Source: Desulfobacterales bacterium
GTDB taxonomy: Bacteria > Desulfobacterota > Desulfobacteria > Desulfobacterales > UBA2174
Direction of reading: 5' to 3'
Length of the DNA: 64,000 bases
Assembly: GCA_963668645.2 (NCBI GenBank)
Contig: CAXXWC010000010.1
Coordinates: forward strand, 288,001-352,000
The notes under the pieces were generated by a model. The model was not told where the DNA came from. It saw only the letters and a program-made list of their open reading frames with translations, and did not search any database. A program made the position numbers and the translations under genes. Shown one piece after another: positions 9,963 to 19,741 of this stretch (position 1 is its first letter; the number at the start of each line of letters is the position of its first letter).

Positions 9963-10556
9963 CTAGCGCATGTGAAGCGCGACTTCGGCGACCCGGCGGC
10001 CAAGGTTTTTCACGGTTTCCAGACCAAAGGCATCCTGTTTGTATCCGCCGGAGATGCCACTCCAGAGCGTACCGCCGAAATGGTAGGTGCTGTTGCCGTC
10101 GCCGACGACAATCATATCCTGAATCAGCATGGCGGCGTGAACCGCATGGATGGCCGTTTCCTGACCGCCGTGGCGAAATCCGCCCACCGCAATGACGCCT
10201 CCGACCTTGTTTCTCAACAGCGCACCGTTTCTTTTCAGCATGACGCATCGGTCAAGAAACGCCTTGGTCTGGGACGTCATCGTCCCGAAATACACCGGCG
10301 TGGCAATAATGACGGCGCCCAGGTTCGCATCTGCAAGAATGCCGGTCAACGCCTTGAAATCATCCTCCTGGCTGCAGCTCAGCCCTTTTTTGCACGTCCC
10401 GCAGTCCAGACAGCCGTTAATTTTCATCTTGGACAGATCGACAAGCTCGGTTTCCACGCCGGGAAACTCCGATCGGATCGTTTCCAGGCAGGTGTCCAGT
10501 GCGAATTTCGTAGACTTTTCGACGCGGGGGCTTCCGGCAACACCAAGTACCTTCAT
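9963..10556 (-). CDS. Iron-sulfur flavoprotein / NADPH-dependent FMN reductase family
   Basis: GSPR, CLDCGTC-x5-C, ATPVYFG, GGQET motifs. Confidence 0.9.
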   Translation of the reverse strand: MKVLGVAGSPRVEKSTKFALDTCLETIRSEFPGVETELVDLSKMKINGCLDCGTCKKGLSCSQEDDFKALTGILADANLGAVIIATPVYFGTMTSQTKAFLDRCVMLKRNGALLRNKVGGVIAVGGFRHGGQETAIHAVHAAMLIQDMIVVGDGNSTYHFGGTLWSGISGGYKQDAFGLETVKNLGRRVAEVALHMR

Positions 10557-10576
10557 TTGATTTCTCCTCGTAGCGG

Positions 10577-11560
10577 CTAGGGGCGCGCAGGTGGGGAATC
10601 ATCCGATACGACGCGCCGCAATACAGAAGGATCGATCAACCGCTGCACAAACCGGTCCGGTTCGGTCTGCCGGATATATTGAAGGCTCGATAGGAACTGG
10701 ACGTACTCTTTTTCCCCGTCGATATTCAGCTCCCAGGTATAGTTTACGCCGGCCATGGCTCGCCGGACCGTATCCGGATACATTCCTGTAAATTTGACCC
10801 CGATGGCCTGGGCTTTTTCCGGTTCGGTCTGGACAAAGCGGGTTGCCTGCACGTGGACGCGCACAATCGCGTCCACGGCTGCACGATGGCTTCGGGCGAA
10901 GGCTTCATCTACCACAAGGACACAGCAGGGATGATGGGGCCAGATCTGTCTTGAAGTCGCCAGGGTCCGGCCGGCGCCCATGGTTTCGGCCTGGGCCGGA
11001 TAGGGCTGCCAGGCGATGAAGGCGTCGATCTGGCCGGTTCCCAGGGCCTGTATCATTTCAGGCGGTTTCAGTACCATGATATTTGCGGCCGACAGCGAAA
11101 GGCCCGCTTCGATAAACGCTTTGCGCAGGAGAAAGTCCTGGACCGTCGAATGACCCGGCACCGCCACTGTTTTACGGGTTAGATCGGCTACGGTTCGAAG
11201 GTCGCTTCGGTTTTGCGCCACCATGATCGACGAGCCTTCGGTATTGACCTGGGCCACGATTTTCACCGACGCCGTGCCGTTGGCCACCGCCGTGGTCACC
11301 GGAGCCTCTCCGACATAGGCCATGTCGAGCTCCCCGGCTGCAAAAGCGGTCATAATTTCCGGACCGGCACGAAAAACGCCGGCGATCTCAACCTCGGCCC
11401 CGGCCGGGGCGAAGAGGTCCTGTTCCATGGCCACCCACAGGGCCAGGTGATGGATGTCGTTTTGCAGGTACGCCATCCGGATCGGTTGGGCCGAATCGGC
11501 AGGGCTGCCGGCAATCAGCAGCAGAAAAAGAACGATGCTGGCGGATAATCGGTGTCGCAT
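10577..11560 (-). CDS. ABC transporter substrate-binding protein, SsuA/TauA/NrtA-like
   Basis: Signal peptide, GELDMAYVG, GQIDAFIAWQPY, HPCC motif. Confidence 0.9.
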   Translation of the reverse strand: MRHRLSASIVLFLLLIAGSPADSAQPIRMAYLQNDIHHLALWVAMEQDLFAPAGAEVEIAGVFRAGPEIMTAFAAGELDMAYVGEAPVTTAVANGTASVKIVAQVNTEGSSIMVAQNRSDLRTVADLTRKTVAVPGHSTVQDFLLRKAFIEAGLSLSAANIMVLKPPEMIQALGTGQIDAFIAWQPYPAQAETMGAGRTLATSRQIWPHHPCCVLVVDEAFARSHRAAVDAIVRVHVQATRFVQTEPEKAQAIGVKFTGMYPDTVRRAMAGVNYTWELNIDGEKEYVQFLSSLQYIRQTEPDRFVQRLIDPSVLRRVVSDDSPPARP

Positions 11561-11570
11561 TTTTCCCCTT

Positions 11571-12281
11571 TCAGGGCGTTTCCACCTCGTAGTACCGGTT
11601 GACGCTCAGGCCGGCGAATAAAACCGCTCCGGGGCACGGCACCACGAACTTCTTTGAATACGCCTCGCCGACGATGTTGTAAAATTCAAGGCAGGCCGAA
11701 CAGATCCGCTTGGTCTGGTCGATGCTGTAAGGCACCACCCCGCCGTTGCCGTTCTCGATAAAAAAGCGGGGCTCGATGAAGTTGGCATGGTTGGCGCAGT
11801 GGACCAAAAACAGCTCCGTAAAGGAGATCCCCCGAACGCCCATAATGGCCATCCGGCGCTCTTGTTCTTCAATTTCGCCGCTGTCAAAGGTCTCCCATTG
11901 GGCCGGAGCTGCCCGGCGGTAGCTGGGCCGGTCGATGAGCTGCCGGCAGGCGGCCGGCTCTTTGCCCGGCATTTGGGGAGGGCGAAACGATGATTTGCGG
12001 ATGATCGTATTCTGGGCCAACCCGAAGCGGTCCAGACGCAAATCGGTGATCACCAGAAAGAGGCCGGCAAAGCGGGAAGTTGCGTACCACGACAACTGCC
12101 GCCGGCACAGGCGGTATCGCTGCCAGTTTTCCGGTGGGACATAGCCGATTTGCCTTTTCCGGGCCAGGGGGACGCATACCGCCTTTTTCGCTTCGACCAT
12201 CGCCTGCCCCCGGGCGGCCAATTCGGCATGCAATCTTTCAAAATCCGACTTTTCAAGCCAATAGGTAAATTTTTCAGACAT
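11571..12281 (-). CDS. Hypothetical protein with Cys/His motifs
   Basis: 236-aa ORF embedded in the operon. HCANH, CSAC and VPCPG motifs. Family not recognised. Confidence 0.7.
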   Translation of the reverse strand: MSEKFTYWLEKSDFERLHAELAARGQAMVEAKKAVCVPLARKRQIGYVPPENWQRYRLCRRQLSWYATSRFAGLFLVITDLRLDRFGLAQNTIIRKSSFRPPQMPGKEPAACRQLIDRPSYRRAAPAQWETFDSGEIEEQERRMAIMGVRGISFTELFLVHCANHANFIEPRFFIENGNGGVVPYSIDQTKRICSACLEFYNIVGEAYSKKFVVPCPGAVLFAGLSVNRYYEVETP

Positions 12282-12311
12282 GAGAACCCCGCGCCGGGAA
12301 CCGTCCGGCGG

Positions 12312-13799
12312 CTACGTAACGGCTTGGTGGCCTGCGACCATTCCGGTTTTTTCGGGTTTGGTGACACCGGCTGCTGCCGCCGGCTTTTCGACCTTGGCCC
12401 TTGCTTCAGCCTTGGCTTTAGCCTTTTGGGCGGCCTCCTGTTCGGCTTTTTCAAATACGTTATAGCCGAGGAGCGATTCAGAGACCAACGCACTCATATC
12501 GGCCATTTGGATGGCTGAACCGGTCGTGTTGATCCCGACCTGCAGGCCCTGAAAGCAGAACGGACAGCAGGAAACCAGGTAATTTGCACCGGTGGATTCG
12601 GCCTCCTGAACCCGGCGCTGCGCCATTTTGTTTTGCACCTCGGGATACCCGGCCTTCAGTCCACCGCCTGCCCCGCAGCACCGGGAGTAATGGCGATTGC
12701 GGGGCATCTCCACCAGCTCCAGGCCGGGAATGGCGTTCATAATGGTTCGCGGAGCGTCGAACACATGGGTGGCGCGGCCCAGATGGCACGGATCGTGGTA
12801 AGTGACTTTTTTGTTGACCGGGTGCTTGAACTCCAGCCGGCCCGCTTCCAGCAGCCGGACGAGATACTCGACCGTGTGCAGGACTTCAAAATTCAACCGG
12901 CCGACGTTGGGATAGTCCTGCTTGATGGTTTTAAAGCAGCCCGAACAGGAGGTGATGAGCGTTTCAAACCCCAGATCGTTGAACTGTTCGATATTTTCTT
13001 TAAACAGGCGCCGGTGCTCCGGGTCGCCCATGCGCAGCAGCACGCTTCCGCAGCACTTTTCATCCTTGCCCAGGACACCGTAGTCGATGTTCAGGGCATC
13101 GAGAATGTTGACCGTATAAATCGCCACCTGTTTTACATTCACATCATAGGCGGCCGTGCATCCGAAAAAGAGCAGCACCTTTGCATGATTCTTTTTAATC
13201 TCCGGCGGGAGATCTTTGATCAGGCCGTCTTTTTTCGCCCTTCGGGCCCAATTCGCCCGTCCGGCCCGCGGCTGCTGCCAGGGGTTGTCAAACGATTTGA
13301 CGCTCTTTTCCAATGCTTTTTGAGGTTCCAGGGGGCCGTAACCGGCCTGGACAATGATCCGCCGCAGATCCTCCCACAGATTCACGGTATCGATATGGGC
13401 CGGGCATACGATTTCACACTGGCCGCAGGTCGAGCACTCATACAAATTTTTGACAAAACTTTGGATTTCTTCGTGGGTGATCGCCCCGTGCCCGGCAAGC
13501 GCAAGGAGAATCTTTCGGATCGGTGCCGGCAGCCGGCCGTTTTTCAGCGCCCGGTTCAGCAGGCCCTGCTGCTTTCTGACAATCCGCAAAAAATCGATCA
13601 CCTTGCGCCTGGGGATGATGTCTTCCCTGGCGTCCTGGTCGTAAACCGGGCACCAGTTCAGGCATTCGCCGCAATGTGTGCAGGCGTCGAGTTCGATCAA
13701 TCGGCGCATATTCAAGTCGTCAAGGGGTAAATCAACGACAGCCTCCGTGGAATCCGGTTCCGCGTGCTCTAATTTCGCATCCTCATTTTCCCTGGTCAT
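12312..13799 (-). CDS. HdrD/GlcF-like Fe-S oxidoreductase (2x[4Fe-4S] plus two CCG domains)
   Basis: CTHCGECLNWCP, CSTCGQCEIVCP, CCGS, YHDPCHLGR, CCGAGGG, CCPFC. Confidence 0.92.
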   Translation of the reverse strand: MTRENEDAKLEHAEPDSTEAVVDLPLDDLNMRRLIELDACTHCGECLNWCPVYDQDAREDIIPRRKVIDFLRIVRKQQGLLNRALKNGRLPAPIRKILLALAGHGAITHEEIQSFVKNLYECSTCGQCEIVCPAHIDTVNLWEDLRRIIVQAGYGPLEPQKALEKSVKSFDNPWQQPRAGRANWARRAKKDGLIKDLPPEIKKNHAKVLLFFGCTAAYDVNVKQVAIYTVNILDALNIDYGVLGKDEKCCGSVLLRMGDPEHRRLFKENIEQFNDLGFETLITSCSGCFKTIKQDYPNVGRLNFEVLHTVEYLVRLLEAGRLEFKHPVNKKVTYHDPCHLGRATHVFDAPRTIMNAIPGLELVEMPRNRHYSRCCGAGGGLKAGYPEVQNKMAQRRVQEAESTGANYLVSCCPFCFQGLQVGINTTGSAIQMADMSALVSESLLGYNVFEKAEQEAAQKAKAKAEARAKVEKPAAAAGVTKPEKTGMVAGHQAVT

Positions 13800-13884
13800 A
13801 GCAGTCCCTTTTCGTGCGAAGGCAGGCGGTGCAAGTCGGTTTCCGGATCTGACAGGCAGCGATCACCGGCTTGCGCCGCCCGGT

Positions 13885-15327
13885 TCACCGTTGTACACCG
13901 GCGATTTCTTCCATAAAATACGTCAGCGGGGTGCTGATCACATGCTTCATCTTGCCAAAGGGCAGGTAGGCAATGAAGATCGCCCCCACAGCGGCGTGCA
14001 AATACCACAGCACCGGATAAACCGCCTGCCAGTCGGCCTGGATGGAGCCAAGCAGCAAAGACAACGGATAGCCGATAAAGGCCCAGCCGGCAGGGTCTGG
14101 CGGCAGACCGGTGACGATCAGCCGGGCGGCTTCGAGGACAAATCCGATCAGAACGAGGCTGCCGATAATCACCAGGGCGGCCGTGTCCTGGTATTCGGTT
14201 TTGACATGCACCGGGCGGATCCAGAGGCGTTGAACGGCGGCGCCCACGATCCCCGCAAAAATACACAACCCCAACAAGTCGTTCACAAACGCCGTAAACG
14301 GATGGCTTTTATCGATCAATGCCAGGGCCAGATCGCTGCCGGGTGCGATGTAGAAAAGAAGGCCGGTGGCCACGGCCAGGAAAAATCGAAACAGAATCGC
14401 TAAAAAAATGAGCGAGTGAAGAAGCCAGCGGCGCACGCTTTCCTTGAGGATCCTTTGCTGCAGGACAATGTCGACAAAAAAGACCCGAAGCAGGGTAAAA
14501 AATTTGCGGGAAAAAATCAGCCGCCAGAGGTACTCGCTGCTCAAATCGAGCTTGTGGGCAAGCGAACCGGATTCTCCCAACACCCGGCCCTGATAGTAGA
14601 ACAAAAAAAGCAGCACCACGCCGAACAGAAACACCAGCAGGGCCGCCCCGAAGGTGAAATGGCCGACAGTCAGGGATGCCGGGTGGCACACCATGCACAT
14701 GACGCTTTTGGCCGGCAGAACCGCAGCCGGTGCCCCGACTGAATTCTGCTTGTGGTGGCATCGCTCGCACAGGGCGGGGTCTTTTGCATCTGCCAGGCGG
14801 TGCTCGGTCAACGCCATCGGCTGGCCTGAAGCATCGTAGGCGGCCAGGGTCACCTGGGAGAGGGCCGAGTCCCGCTCCGGGCGCCCCTTTTCCCAATGGC
14901 AGGCCTGGCAGGCCACGGTCAAATGGGGGCTGTGGGCTGGTGATTCGCCGTGCCGGTCGTGGCAATCGAGGCACTGGGCGCCTGAAAGGGTCTTATGCGG
15001 CGAGCGGCCTGCGTCTTTGTGGCATCGGATGCAGGCAAGCTGCTGGTGTGGATAGTCTTTGAGCACTTCGGGGCCGACCACCAGCGCAATCTGTGCCTTT
15101 CCCACCGTGCGGATGCTGCGCTCGGCCTTGGCGTGGCATTCCGTGCAAAAGGCCCGGTTGCTGTAAGCTCCCTCCAGGGAAGTCGTATTGGAGGCCCGGT
15201 GACAATCCAGACAGTCCCGTTCGGCAGGAGGTGCGGTTTCCGTTGCGAGAGCCGTAAAACTCCACCCGATGATTCCGACGGCAAGAAAGGCTCCCATGGT
15301 CATCCAACAAATGGCGCGTCGATTCAT
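13885..15327 (-). CDS. Fusion of a 7-heme cytochrome c and a NarI/HdrE-like cytochrome b membrane domain
   Basis: Signal peptide and 7 CxxCH motifs. C-terminal TM domain with RWLLHSLIF, GFVLEAARL and YLPFGKMKH. Confidence 0.88.
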   Translation of the reverse strand: MNRRAICWMTMGAFLAVGIIGWSFTALATETAPPAERDCLDCHRASNTTSLEGAYSNRAFCTECHAKAERSIRTVGKAQIALVVGPEVLKDYPHQQLACIRCHKDAGRSPHKTLSGAQCLDCHDRHGESPAHSPHLTVACQACHWEKGRPERDSALSQVTLAAYDASGQPMALTEHRLADAKDPALCERCHHKQNSVGAPAAVLPAKSVMCMVCHPASLTVGHFTFGAALLVFLFGVVLLFLFYYQGRVLGESGSLAHKLDLSSEYLWRLIFSRKFFTLLRVFFVDIVLQQRILKESVRRWLLHSLIFLAILFRFFLAVATGLLFYIAPGSDLALALIDKSHPFTAFVNDLLGLCIFAGIVGAAVQRLWIRPVHVKTEYQDTAALVIIGSLVLIGFVLEAARLIVTGLPPDPAGWAFIGYPLSLLLGSIQADWQAVYPVLWYLHAAVGAIFIAYLPFGKMKHVISTPLTYFMEEIAGVQR

Positions 15328-15344
15328 CTGCGTTGTCTTCCTTT

Positions 15345-16067
15345 TCAGGCTTTTTCAGTTGCCGCGGGCTGCGACGAGACCTGCATCGCTTCCCATTCGC
15401 CCGGATGCTTCAGCATGAGATCCTCCCTGGTGATCCAACCGGAGAAAATCGATTTTTCTAGCGGGAACACGCCGGGGGTCAAATGGGTGTCGGTCATGTG
15501 GACAAAGGCGATATACATAACCGCCAGAATCGCCTCGTGGAAATGAAGCTCGCCAGCGATGTTAATGAAATACCCCGGCAACATCTTCGAAAACATTTCC
15601 GGGTACACCATCAGCAACCCGGTAATGCCCATGCTCTGCATTCCCCCCAGCACCGCCCAGTAGTCGACTTTTTGAAGGTAGCCGAATCGATTGTAGCGGG
15701 CCGGCTCTCCCCTGCCGAAGATGTAGCGGATATTCTGGGCAAGATCCTGAAAGTCCTTGAGGCTGGGAAACAGACTCTGGGGGCCGATGAGGTGCCCTTT
15801 TTGCACAAACTTATGGTAGGCCAGGTACAGCAGGTGCAGCATGACACAGATATAAAACACGGCGGCACTGACGCGGTGGATCGAGGCAAGACCGGTGGCC
15901 CCGCCCAACAATGCCGCGACGAGCCGGGCCCACCCCTGATGGCTGAAGTGAAGGGTAAAACCGGTGATCGAAAGCAGGGTGAACGTTGCGATCACCACCA
16001 CGTGCAAAAGCCGGTGATAAACCACAAACCTTCGGTATCTTTGCGTGTCGTTTCGGTCTGGATTCAT
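15345..16067 (-). CDS. Cytochrome b/b6 (FdnI-like) membrane subunit
   Basis: HRLLH, IHRVSA, QKVDYWA, HFHEAILA...VH heme-ligand pattern. Confidence 0.88.
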   Translation of the reverse strand: MNPDRNDTQRYRRFVVYHRLLHVVVIATFTLLSITGFTLHFSHQGWARLVAALLGGATGLASIHRVSAAVFYICVMLHLLYLAYHKFVQKGHLIGPQSLFPSLKDFQDLAQNIRYIFGRGEPARYNRFGYLQKVDYWAVLGGMQSMGITGLLMVYPEMFSKMLPGYFINIAGELHFHEAILAVMYIAFVHMTDTHLTPGVFPLEKSIFSGWITREDLMLKHPGEWEAMQVSSQPAATEKA

Positions 16068-16987
16068 TATGCCTTCTTCCTCAAATGATCGTGGAGCTTT
16101 CGCAACTGCAGCATAAAGCTGTGTGAGTAAAAACCGACCAGCAAGACGACGATAAAGACCAGGGAAACAAGGCTGATCACATGGACCCGGGAAATGGCGA
16201 CGGCCTTTGACGAGCTTTTTTCTTCACTGCCGCCCGCTTTGTAATGAATGACGATACTGGCATAGGCCGGACCGGCTTCGGGATGACATGACCGGCAGGT
16301 GGACAGCAGTTGCTTTTCATCGGTTTTAAGACTTCTGGTGGCATGCGCCCCGTGGCAGTCCGAACAAAGGGCCGCCCGCTCGTGGTCGAGATAGACGGCG
16401 GCCTTTCCGTGGTAATTTTCCAGGTAGGTTTGTAGTTGCTGCGGGTGGCAGCTACCGCAACGGCCCACCATCAACCGTCCCAAATCGTTGCGCGACAGGT
16501 GGGACCGATCGTAGTGGCTGGCGTGGCAATCCCCGCATTGGGGTGCGGGGCGTGGTTCGCCGGTTTTCGAATCAACGGCCACCCCTTCTTTATTTTCTTT
16601 TGCCAGTGCCTCGGCGTGAGCGCCTTGGCCGGCACGGCTATGGGCGGCACTATGGCAACTTTTGCACCGGCCGTAATCAAACATCTTGCGGGTGTCCCGC
16701 TGAAGCTTTTTCATGTCATCAAAGTCTGGATGGGACTGTCCCTTTTCGGTCATGGTGCCGTGACATTGGGCGCACGAGATACCGGTATGGGCCCCTTGCG
16801 AAAATCGGTGCATGTTGACAAACCAGCCCGCTTTTTCCAGGGGGGCGGTGTTTTCTTTTGCCCATACGCTTCCTGCGGCCAGCAGCATCAGCCCCAGCAG
16901 CAAAACGGAAAGGGCTCCGATGCCCGGCTGCCGATACCCTGCACCTGGAAAGCCCCTGGTGTCATATCTAAAACGATTCGGCTCCAA
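16067..16987 (-). CDS. 6-heme cytochrome c with C-terminal membrane anchor
   Basis: Signal peptide, 6 CxxCH motifs, C-terminal TM helix. Confidence 0.9.
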   Translation of the reverse strand: MEPNRFRYDTRGFPGAGYRQPGIGALSVLLLGLMLLAAGSVWAKENTAPLEKAGWFVNMHRFSQGAHTGISCAQCHGTMTEKGQSHPDFDDMKKLQRDTRKMFDYGRCKSCHSAAHSRAGQGAHAEALAKENKEGVAVDSKTGEPRPAPQCGDCHASHYDRSHLSRNDLGRLMVGRCGSCHPQQLQTYLENYHGKAAVYLDHERAALCSDCHGAHATRSLKTDEKQLLSTCRSCHPEAGPAYASIVIHYKAGGSEEKSSSKAVAISRVHVISLVSLVFIVVLLVGFYSHSFMLQLRKLHDHLRKKA

Positions 16988-17009
16988 TTCACTCTCCTGC
17001 TTGCGTTAT

Positions 17010-18350
17010 TTAAACAACGTTCGCTATCGCGGCTTCTCGGCCTCGACGATCCCGGCGCCCCTCCTGCCGGTTTCGGGTTCGGAAATAAGAATCGAAAAAC
17101 ACCCTGGACAGCCGGCGCAGGCTGTCCAAAATCTGTTCCGCGATGCGGGCGGTCTCCTGCCGCCGCTCGACGGCGCTTTTCATCTCCCGCATCAAATCGG
17201 CCACCTCGGCAGCCGTGCGGCACATCGTTTCGCCTTCCCCTTTCTGCAAGCAGGCGGCCGGCAGTTTGGACAACGGCCTCAGACGCTTCCAGATGGCCTC
17301 CAGAAAGACCCGAATTTTCTGTGGATCGTAGACTTTGGCGCCGATTTGCCACTGCAACGGCATCAGCTCAAGGCCGACCGCGACAATACGCGCATTGCTA
17401 AGATGCCGTTTCAGCTCGTGCAGCAGGGGGCCGGCCGGCACCTTTTCGATGGTTTGCAGTGGCGGGGAGGCGAATCGATCCGGGTTGGCCCCTGCCTGCG
17501 GGGCATCCCGGAGGATTGCGTCCATCATCAGTTGGTTGGGCAGTGGAAATCGAGGATGTTCAAAATGGGGACCGAACAGATAGAAAACGCCTCTTCCCCG
17601 GGGAATCCGGAGTACTGCCGCGCGCCCCACCAGGACCTCCCGGGCCCGGCCGGGGCTTATCAGGTATTGGGTTTTGTCGCTAAATCCGGCATAGGTGGCC
17701 AGGGTCCAACCGGGATCTTCCGGAATCATCGCCGGCCCGCCGTATAAAGGCGCCGTAAACGGCAAGGGCCCGCAAAAGGGGGAAATGCCTGTCAGCGTCA
17801 CCGCCTCCCGCACGGGATGGTAGACGTACTGGCAGCCATACGGCGTGCAATACTTGTGGGCAAGCCGCTCGGCGGGGGGCAGGTGCTTGGCCAGGTTGGC
17901 GATTTTAACCCGCGTAAAGTTAAAATGGTTCAAATCGGGTTTGGACGAGGTCATCGGCAGGTAAGCCCCGGCGCAAACTCCGATGTATACACCGCCGGCA
18001 TTTACAAAATCGGCGATGGCCCCAGCCCCGGCCGGGCCCAGTCCCCGGGCGACGGCAAACGTATCTCCGCCGGAAACGGCCAATACGTCCAGGTCGTGCA
18101 AAACGTTTGCACAGACCATCTCCTCGTCCAGGCACCGGACCGCGTGCAGCCCGAAGCGCTCGAAAAGATCAATAAACCAAAGCCAGGAATGGGAAGTCCC
18201 CCGGCCGGCATAGATGCCGATTCGTGGATTTGGGGGCCGATTATCCGCCGGCAATGCCCGTTCGATTGCCGGCGGCAATCTTTGGCAGGACAGATCCGCT
18301 TTTTTTCCGATACGCCGATCCTGATGGGTACAATTGCGATGCTGCATCAC
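17010..18350 (-). CDS. BPL-N / class I glutamine-amidotransferase-like protein with C-terminal extension
   Basis: LAVSGGD, GGVYIGVCAGAY (nucleophile Cys) and GPHFE (His/Glu). Confidence 0.8.
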   Translation of the reverse strand: MMQHRNCTHQDRRIGKKADLSCQRLPPAIERALPADNRPPNPRIGIYAGRGTSHSWLWFIDLFERFGLHAVRCLDEEMVCANVLHDLDVLAVSGGDTFAVARGLGPAGAGAIADFVNAGGVYIGVCAGAYLPMTSSKPDLNHFNFTRVKIANLAKHLPPAERLAHKYCTPYGCQYVYHPVREAVTLTGISPFCGPLPFTAPLYGGPAMIPEDPGWTLATYAGFSDKTQYLISPGRAREVLVGRAAVLRIPRGRGVFYLFGPHFEHPRFPLPNQLMMDAILRDAPQAGANPDRFASPPLQTIEKVPAGPLLHELKRHLSNARIVAVGLELMPLQWQIGAKVYDPQKIRVFLEAIWKRLRPLSKLPAACLQKGEGETMCRTAAEVADLMREMKSAVERRQETARIAEQILDSLRRLSRVFFDSYFRTRNRQEGRRDRRGREAAIANVV

Positions 18351-18398
18351 TGCCCCCAGGGGGCTCCCGGCCGGGAGCCGATATCGACTTTCGGGGCA

Positions 18399-19727
18399 TC
18401 AGGTATTCTGGATCAGATCGGAAACGACCGCATCCAACATTTCCTGAGAAAACTCGATCCCCGTACCGATGCTCGCCAGATCCAGCAAATTCTCTTCGCT
18501 CAACTGGGGGCTCATGAGAATAAACAGCGGCTGGATTCCGAAAACGGCTGCGATGGCCTGGCGACGCTCCCACCATGCTGTGACAGCCGAATCATCGTCT
18601 TGCAGGTCGAATTGGCCGAAGATCGGTTGGCGCGGGGCCCACGGGCTGAATACGCCGGATCCGGCCAGGGCAATCTCACCACTGAGCGAGGCGATGCCGT
18701 CCAGAATCGATGCAACGTCTGTTTTGCCGGCCTGGGCGCTGAGAACGGCGACAGCTTCGGGGTCCACGCCCTGTTTTGCACAAGCCCTGAGAATCTGGCC
18801 CGCCCCGGCAGCGTCAAGTCCGGCGGCCTTCAGTGCCCATAGGGCCGGAAGGTCGCTGACCAGCACGCCCGGTTCGGCAATCGTTGTTTCCTCTAAACGG
18901 GAAGGGTCCTCATCCAGATATAAAAAGGTGTTGGTGGCGCAGGGGGTAAAATAGTCGGAGCTGTTTCGGTGCACCACCGGTGCCATCCATTTTTCCAGAT
19001 CGGCATCGCCGATGCCGGCGGCAACCGCGCCAAGACCCTGGTTTGCCGCCACGCCATCTGCCTTTATGGCTTCGAGAATTTCCATAGAGCGTTCGGCAAA
19101 ACGCACGGAGTCAGCGACTTCGATAAGCCCCATGCCGCGGAACGCAAGCCCTTTCAGGTTTTTGGCCCCGAAACATTTCCCGATGCCAAACCGGTCCGGA
19201 CTGCTCCAGTGGTTGTAGCAAACCTGTGCAAAATCCGATTTGTTCTCGCCGGCCGGTCCGATCATCATGGTCTGAAGCAGATCGTCGCCGACCTTTTTTC
19301 TCAGGGCGTCTGTGCTTTCCCAGACATTTTTTCCCCAGATCTCGCCAGCGTCCACGATATCGGCCACACCGTCGTGAATCCAGAGGTATACCGGGCTGGC
19401 GGCAGAACCCCGCACAACGATAAAATCAAATCCGGAATATTTGATTTCGATGCCGACCTTGTAGGTTATCGGACAATGGGCCAATCGCCCGCTGCGGGGG
19501 CTTTTGGCGGTGATGACTGAGGCAGCCGAGGCCGGGCAGAGGGTCCCGGTCAGCAGCCCGGTGCCCACGACAATCGGTTCATCGTCTGCGTATGTGTCAT
19601 AAAGATGTTTGCCGATGGCTGCCCCGCCGATCTTTTTTTCAACCAGATCGGTGTCGAGTTCAACCTCTTCGGTTTGCCCGGCGGCCAAATCGACCAGAAG
19701 GATCTTCTCCGTGGAAAGGTACTCCAT
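18399..19727 (-). CDS. Aldehyde:ferredoxin oxidoreductase-like protein, short and degenerate
   Basis: KILLVDL, AKSPRSG, IKYSGFDFIVVRG, IGPAGEN, GAKNLKG are typical of the AOR N-domain. Only 442 aa. Confidence 0.85.
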   Translation of the reverse strand: MEYLSTEKILLVDLAAGQTEEVELDTDLVEKKIGGAAIGKHLYDTYADDEPIVVGTGLLTGTLCPASAASVITAKSPRSGRLAHCPITYKVGIEIKYSGFDFIVVRGSAASPVYLWIHDGVADIVDAGEIWGKNVWESTDALRKKVGDDLLQTMMIGPAGENKSDFAQVCYNHWSSPDRFGIGKCFGAKNLKGLAFRGMGLIEVADSVRFAERSMEILEAIKADGVAANQGLGAVAAGIGDADLEKWMAPVVHRNSSDYFTPCATNTFLYLDEDPSRLEETTIAEPGVLVSDLPALWALKAAGLDAAGAGQILRACAKQGVDPEAVAVLSAQAGKTDVASILDGIASLSGEIALAGSGVFSPWAPRQPIFGQFDLQDDDSAVTAWWERRQAIAAVFGIQPLFILMSPQLSEENLLDLASIGTGIEFSQEMLDAVVSDLIQNT

Positions 19728-19741
19728 TTGCGGCCTCCTTG

